Shown here piece by piece: positions 60,901 through 64,000 of a stretch of DNA of 64,000 nt. The position numbers and the translations under genes are program-made. Under the pieces are notes generated by a model, which worked only from the letters and a program-made list of their open reading frames with translations, did not search any database and was not told the origin of the DNA. Source of the DNA: Eledone cirrhosa. Its lineage: Eukaryota. The number at the start of each line of letters is the position of its first letter. Position 1 is the stretch's first letter. The stretch spans positions 19,468,001 to 19,532,000 of the forward strand of contig OZ024753.1 of the NCBI GenBank assembly GCA_964016885.1, in the 5' to 3' direction.

Positions 60901-63900
60901 AGTAGTAACACTGTACTGAGACTAACTATGACAGTAGTAACACTGTACTGAGACTAACTATGACAGTATTAACAGTGTACCAAGACTAAATATGACAGTA
61001 GTAACACTGTACTGAGACTACCTATGACAGTAGTAACACTGTACTGTCACTAACTATGACAGTAGTAACACTGTACTGAGACTAACTGTGACAGTAGTAA
61101 CACTGTACTGAGACCAAGTTTGACAGTAGTAACACTGTACTAAGACTAACTGTGACAGTAGTAACACTACTGAGACCAACTATGACACTAGTAACACTGT
61201 ACTAAGACTAACTATGACAGTAGTAACATTGTACTGAGACCAACTATTGTAGTAGTTACACGGTACTAAGACTAACTATTGTAGTAGTAACACTGTAATG
61301 AGACCAACTATGACAGTAGTAGCACTGTACTAACACTAACTATTGTAGTAGTTACACTGTACTGAGACCAACTATGACACTAGTAACACTGTATTGAGAC
61401 AAACTATGACAGTAGTAACACTGTACGGAGACCAACTATGACACTACTAACATTGTACTGAGACAAACTATGACACTAGTAACACTGTATTGAGACAAAC
61501 TATGACAGTAGTAACACTGTACTGAGACCAACTATGACAGTAGTAACACTGTACTGAGACTACCTATGACAGTAGTAACACTGTACTGAGACTAACTATG
61601 ACAGTAGTTACACTGTACTGAGACTAACTATGACAGTAGTAACACTGTACTGGGACTAACTATGACAGTAGTAACACTGTACTAGGACTAAGTATGACAG
61701 TAGTTACACTGTACTGAGACCAACTATGACAGTAGTAACACTGTACTGAAACCAACTATGACAGTAGTAACACTGTACTGAGACCAACTATGACAGTAGT
61801 AACACTGTACTGAGACTACCTATGACAGTAGTAACACTGTACTGAGACTAACTATGACAATAGTTACACTGTACTGAGACTAACTATGACAGTAGTAACA
61901 CTGTACTAAGACTAACTATGACAGTAGTAACACTGTACTGAGACCAACTATGACAGTTGTAACACTGTACTGAGACAAACTATGACAGTAGTAACACTGT
62001 ACTGAGATCAGCTACGACAGTAGTAACACTGTACTGAGACTACCTATGACAGTAGTAACATTGTACTGAGACTACCTATGACAGTTGTAACACTGCACTG
62101 AGACTACCTATGACAGTAGTAACACTGTACTGAGACCAACTATGACAGTAGTAACACTGTACTGAGACCAACTATGACAGTAGTAACACTGTACTGAGAC
62201 TAACTATGACAGTAGTAACACTGTACTAAGAGCAACTATGACAGTAGTAACACTGTACTGGGACTAACTTTGACAGTAGTAACACTGTACTTAGACCAAC
62301 TATGACACTAGTAACACTGTACTGATACTAACTAGGAGAGTAGTAACACTGTACTGAGACTAACTATGACAGTAGTAACATTGTACTGAGACTAACTATG
62401 ACAGTAGTAACACTGTACTGAGACTAACTATTGTAGTAGTTACACTGTACTGAGACCAACTATGACACTAGTAACACTGTACTTATACTAACTAGGACAC
62501 TAGTAACACTGTACTGAGACCAACTATGACAGTAGTAACACTGTACTGGGACTAACTTTGACAGTAGTAACACTGTACTTAGACCAACTATGACACTAGT
62601 AACACTGTACTGATACTAACTAGGACAGTAGTAACACTGTACTGAGACTAACTATGACAGTAGTAACACTGTACTGAGACCAACTATGACAGTAGTAACA
62701 CTGTACTGAGACTAACTATTGTAGTAGTTACACAGTACTGAGACCAACTATGACAGTAGTGACAATGTACTGAGACTAACTATGACAGTAGTAACACTGT
62801 ACTGATACTAACTATGACAGTAGTAACACTGTACTGAGACTAACTATGACAGTAGTAACACTGTACTGAGACTAACTATGACACTAGTAACACTGTACTG
62901 ATACTAACTATGACAGTAGTAACACTGTACTGAGACTAACTGTGACAGTAGTAACACTGTACTGAGACTAACTATGACAGTAGTAACACTGCACTAAGAC
63001 TAACTATGACAGTAGTAACACTGTACTGATACTAACTATGACAGTAGTAACACTGTACTAAGACTAACTATGACAGTAGTAACACTGTACTAAGACTAAC
63101 TATGACAGTAGTAACACTGTACTGAGACTAACTATGACAGTAGTAACACTGTACTGATACTAACTATGACAGTAGTAACATTGTACTGATACTACCTATG
63201 ACAGTACTAACATTGTACTGAGACTAACTATGACAGTAGTAACACTGTACTGATACTAACTGTGACAGTAGTAACACTGTACTGAGACTAACTATGACAG
63301 TAGTAACACTGTACTGATAATAACTATGACAGTAGTAACACTGTACTGAGACTAACTGTGACAGTAGTAACACTGTATTGAGACCAACTATGACACTAGT
63401 AACACTGTATTGAGACCAACTACGACAGTAGTAACACTGTACTGGGACTAACTATGACAGTAGTAACACTGTACTGAGACTAACTATGACAGTAGTAACA
63501 CTGTACTGAGACCAACTATGACAGTAGTAACACTGTGCTGAGACCAACTATAACAGTAGTAACACTGTATTGAGACCAACTATGACACTAGTAACACTGT
63601 ATTGAGACCAACTACGACAGTAGTAACACTGTACTGGGACTAACTATGACAGTAGTAACACTGTACTGAGACTAACTATGACAGTAGTAACACTGTACTG
63701 AGACTAACTATAACAGTAGTAACACTGTACTGAGACTAACTAGGACAGTAGTTACACTGCACTGAGACCAACTATGACAGTAGTAACACTGTACTGAGAC
63801 TAACTATGACAGTAGTAACACTGTACTGAGACCAACTATGACAGTAGTAACACTGCACTGAGACTAACTATGACAGGAGTAAAACTGTACTGAGACCAAC

Positions 63901-64000
63901 TATGACAGTAGTAACACTGTACTGAGACCAACTATGACAGTAGTAACACTGTACTGAGACCAACTATGACAGTAGTATCACTGTACTGAGACTACTTATG
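51982..64000 (+). repeat. 32-bp tandem satellite, about 375 units, continuing past the window edge
   Basis: Consensus cagtagtaacactgtactgagactaactatga; period checked at 52141/52173; no spacers and no ORFs. Confidence 0.98.

Noticed and set aside
51982-64000. CRISPR-like ~32-bp repeats
   Set aside because: Head-to-tail units with no unique spacers, no cas genes and a eukaryotic context

Overview
AT-rich, gene-poor animal DNA, probably from an octopod cephalopod (inferred from a recognisable octopus-type tRNA-derived SINE). No host gene could be supported. Bases 1-51.9 kb are a dense nest of retroelements, mostly inserted in (TA)n/(TG)n microsatellites. There are Penelope-like elements (PLEs; RT + C-terminal GIY-YIG) of about three lineages: Hydra-like, Nematis-like and a Neptune-like fragment. 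Also present are a decayed R4/Dong LINE, an RTE fragment, SINEs and a non-autonomous Helitron. Bases ~51.98-64 kb are a 32-bp satellite with kb-scale higher-order duplications. The main hidden signal is RNA-level. Most PLE ends carry a type I hammerhead ribozyme (HHR) motif, many non-canonical. Two non-coding, HHR-bearing units (592 bp and 520 bp) are present as more than one unit length, which looks retrozyme-like and suggests a circular or multimeric RNA template. The 592-bp unit has a compensatory U3:A8 core (UUGAUAA). A population of tiny 'palindrome + tail' elements folds back in or near the ribozyme, and many tails share a short motif. All structures were folded and aligned by eye, and clade names come from recalled motifs rather than a phylogeny.
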